Source: Candidatus Limnocylindria bacterium (GTDB lineage: Bacteria; Chloroflexota; Limnocylindria; QHBO01). Taken from it: a DNA stretch of 46,822 nt. Position 1 is the stretch's first letter, and every line of letters begins with the position of its first letter. The position numbers were made by a program, and so were the translations under genes. The notes under the pieces were generated by a model. It was not told the origin of the DNA and did not search any database. It saw only the letters and a program-made list of their open reading frames with translations. Below, piece by piece: positions 45,033 through 46,822 of the stretch. The stretch is taken from the NCBI GenBank assembly GCA_046261895.1, contig JBHENV010000116.1:1-46822 (forward strand), written 5' to 3'.

Positions 45033-45164
45033 ATGCGAACCAAGCAACTTCTGCGCACCCTGGCGGTCGCCGGTACGGCGGCGGCGCTCAGCATCCTCAG
45101 CCTCGTTTCGACCGTCGCGGCCGTCACGGGAGGCGGCGACTTCCCCCGCTTCTGGATGCGCTGA
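45033..45164 (+). CDS. 43-codon ORF encoding a Sec-signal-peptide-like pre-peptide (not in the ORF track)
   Basis: AAGGAG at 45021-45026 lies 6 nt before ATG 45033. Sequence: MRTKQLLRTLAVAGTAAALSILSLVSTVAAVTGGGDFPRFWMR*. It has a basic n-region, a hydrophobic core, a small-residue VAA site, then a 13-residue tail. Third positions are mostly G/C. Confidence 0.5.
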   Translation: MRTKQLLRTLAVAGTAAALSILSLVSTVAAVTGGGDFPRFWMR

Positions 45165-45203
45165 CCGAGTCGGCGTCCAACGCGGCTCACTCCGCAACCG
45201 GGC

Positions 45204-45797
45204 TCAGTGCCCGTGCTGGTAGTACGGGTTCTGGCCTGCCTGGTGATCGGTGACGTCAACGATCGCGGTGACCGATGGGACGGCGTTCCGGATGGCCGTC
45301 TCCACGCCCTGGCGCAGCGTGACGTCCACGGCCGAGCAGCCCTGGCACCCGCCACCGAACCGCATGAACGCGGTGCCGTCCCTCACGTCGACCAGCGTCA
45401 CCTGCCCGCCGTGTGAGCCGACGCCCGGATTGATCTGCCGATCGATCACCTCCTGCACCGCACGGGCGACCGGGTCCTGCCACCCCTCGTTGGGATTCTC
45501 GATGCGCAGGCCACCCCCGGTCACCGCCTGGTCGAGCTCGATCGTCGCCCCGGCGAGGTCCGTGGCGCTGTCGGCGTCGACCACGATCGTCAGGCCTTCG
45601 GACTCGACCGCCAGGTCGCCGTCCCCCGCCTCGCGTGGATCCTCGAGGGCGATTTCGTAGCGGAACCGGGGTCCGTCCTTGGCCAGGACGCGCACGCGCA
45701 GAACGGCCTCCGGGAACTCGTTGAAGGTGCGGACGCCGTCGATCTTCGTCCGGGCGTCAGGGGTGATGGTGAGCAGCTGGTCGATCATCGGCGCCAT
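45204..45797 (-). CDS. NfuA-like Fe-S cluster carrier (degenerate A-type N-domain + Nfu C-domain)
   Basis: C-terminal INPGVGSHGGQVTLVDVRDGTAFMRFGGGCQGCSAVDVTLRQGVE carries the Nfu CxxC motif. The N-terminal HesB/IscA-like fold lacks the Cys ligands. Confidence 0.85.
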   Translation of the reverse strand: MAPMIDQLLTITPDARTKIDGVRTFNEFPEAVLRVRVLAKDGPRFRYEIALEDPREAGDGDLAVESEGLTIVVDADSATDLAGATIELDQAVTGGGLRIENPNEGWQDPVARAVQEVIDRQINPGVGSHGGQVTLVDVRDGTAFMRFGGGCQGCSAVDVTLRQGVETAIRNAVPSVTAIVDVTDHQAGQNPYYQHGH

Positions 45798-45807
45798 GGT
45801 ACCGCGT

Positions 45808-46758
45808 TCAGCCCAGGGGCGGCAGCTGCTGCGCGTCGGTCAGGACGGGAGCGAACGGATCTCCCCGCTCCGCGAGGCGAGCCGGAGCATCTCGAATGGT
45901 CCAGCGGTCCGGCCGCAGCTCCGCGTCCTCGAGCTCGCCCCACGCGATTGGCATGCTGACCGGCGCTCCGGGCGCGGGCCGCGGGCTGTAGGGCGCGACG
46001 AGCGTCTTGTTGATCGCGTTCTGGGTGTAGTCGAGCCGCGCCTTGCCCCTGCGGGCGCGCTTCGCCCATTCCCAGCTCACGAGATCCGGGACGGTCGCGC
46101 CGATCGCGCGCGAAAGGCCCTCGACCCAGGCGCTCGTGTCGGCGAACCCCGGTCCGGGCTGGATGCGGATCCAGACCTGGATCCCCCGCTTTCCGGTCAC
46201 CTTCGGATAGCCGCGCGTGCCCAGGTGATGCAGGGCAGTGCGATACAGGCGCGCCAGGGCAACGACCTCCTCCCAGGTGGTGTCGGGACCCGGATCGATG
46301 TCGATCAGCGCGTACGAGGGGCGATCCGGCGTCTCGGTCGGTGACGTCCAGGGATGGAGCTCGATCGCGGCCTCCTGGGCCAGCCAGAGCAGCGTGGCCG
46401 GCTCCTCGACGACCGGGTAGTCCTTCGGCCCCTCCTCGCGATGGTGATAGGTCCAGCGCCTGATCCACGCCGGCGTGTGCTTCGGCAGATCCTTCTGCCA
46501 GAAGCCCTTGGCCTCGATGCCGTTCGGAAATCGCTGGACGGTGAGACCGCGATCGGCGAGATACGGGACGAGGGCCGGCCCGATCGCGAGGTGGTAGCGC
46601 AGCAGGTCCCGCTTGGTGATCGGCCGCTCGCCGCCGCGGCCGGGGAAGAGCGTCTTGTCCAGGTTCGTGACCCGCACCTCGCGGCCGGCAGCTTCCCAGA
46701 CCCCTTCACGCTCGATCGACTCGAGCGCGGCCGCGGCGCCGCCGCCACCCTGTTTCAT
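45808..46758 (-). CDS. ligD: NHEJ DNA polymerase/primase domain protein (LigD polymerase domain)
   Basis: Motifs VRVTNLDK.LFP......TKRDLL.YH..I...L.PYL..R.LT..RFPNG, LIDIDPG, G..G.PK.TG.RG.Q.W, KARLDY.QN......VAPYS.R. The frame stays open upstream of ATG 46758 to the window edge, so it may be the C-terminal domain of a longer LigD. Confidence 0.88.
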   Translation of the reverse strand: MKQGGGGAAAALESIEREGVWEAAGREVRVTNLDKTLFPGRGGERPITKRDLLRYHLAIGPALVPYLADRGLTVQRFPNGIEAKGFWQKDLPKHTPAWIRRWTYHHREEGPKDYPVVEEPATLLWLAQEAAIELHPWTSPTETPDRPSYALIDIDPGPDTTWEEVVALARLYRTALHHLGTRGYPKVTGKRGIQVWIRIQPGPGFADTSAWVEGLSRAIGATVPDLVSWEWAKRARRGKARLDYTQNAINKTLVAPYSPRPAPGAPVSMPIAWGELEDAELRPDRWTIRDAPARLAERGDPFAPVLTDAQQLPPLG

Positions 46759-46822
46759 CGGCTCATCATGCAGGTCCGCTTCGGCGGCTGCCGTCGCTGT
46801 CGACGTGTCGATCGACCGCTCG

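Overview
GC-rich bacterial chromosomal segment, about 55 genes, densely coding, mostly housekeeping. I recognised no rRNA, tRNA, CRISPR array or complete IS/phage element by eye.

Gene order, left to right:
- Urate oxidase, then a CHRD protein.
- A disturbed yebC / ruvC / ruvA locus. An ArsR-type insert sits between yebC and ruvC, ruvC carries an apparent frameshift, and a CoA-binding gene sits where ruvB is expected.
- A DoxX-like membrane protein, an EF-G paralogue, tyrS and a class A PBP.
- A long minus-strand block: thrS-(VOC)-infC-rpmI-rplT-pheS-pheT-cvpA-mpg-mutS2.
- An isolated paaABCD cluster.

The right half is more accessory:
- Decayed genes: a DUF2255 frameshift and a subtilase remnant.
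- An envelope/glycan neighbourhood: an SGNH hydrolase, a secreted clan-CD-like/DPBB protein, and a BcsA-like GT2-PilZ synthase co-oriented with a membrane-anchored molybdopterin oxidoreductase.
- ltaE, msrB, a WYL regulator, DUF4112, DUF72 and a lipoprotein.
- A zinc-ribbon/septum-formation protein and a DUF3090 + tyrosine-phosphatase pair.
- An NfuA-like protein and a LigD polymerase domain.

Best candidate for something undescribed: an XRE-HTH/TPR regulator (43554-44852, minus) with a divergent, strongly Shine-Dalgarno-preceded 43-codon ORF (45033-45164). That ORF is too short for the ORF track. It encodes a Sec-type signal peptide plus a short aromatic C-terminal tail, which is an RNPP/Rgg-like peptide signalling architecture. 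An 8-bp palindrome lies in the shared promoter region.

Other notable items:
- A 147-bp element with perfect 20-bp terminal inverted repeats, wedged exactly between two convergent stop codons.
- Two apparent +/-1 frameshifts at G/C runs.
- Substitutions in signature catalytic motifs of the EF-G paralogue and TyrS.

All functional calls rest on motif recognition from the translated ORFs. No database search was run.
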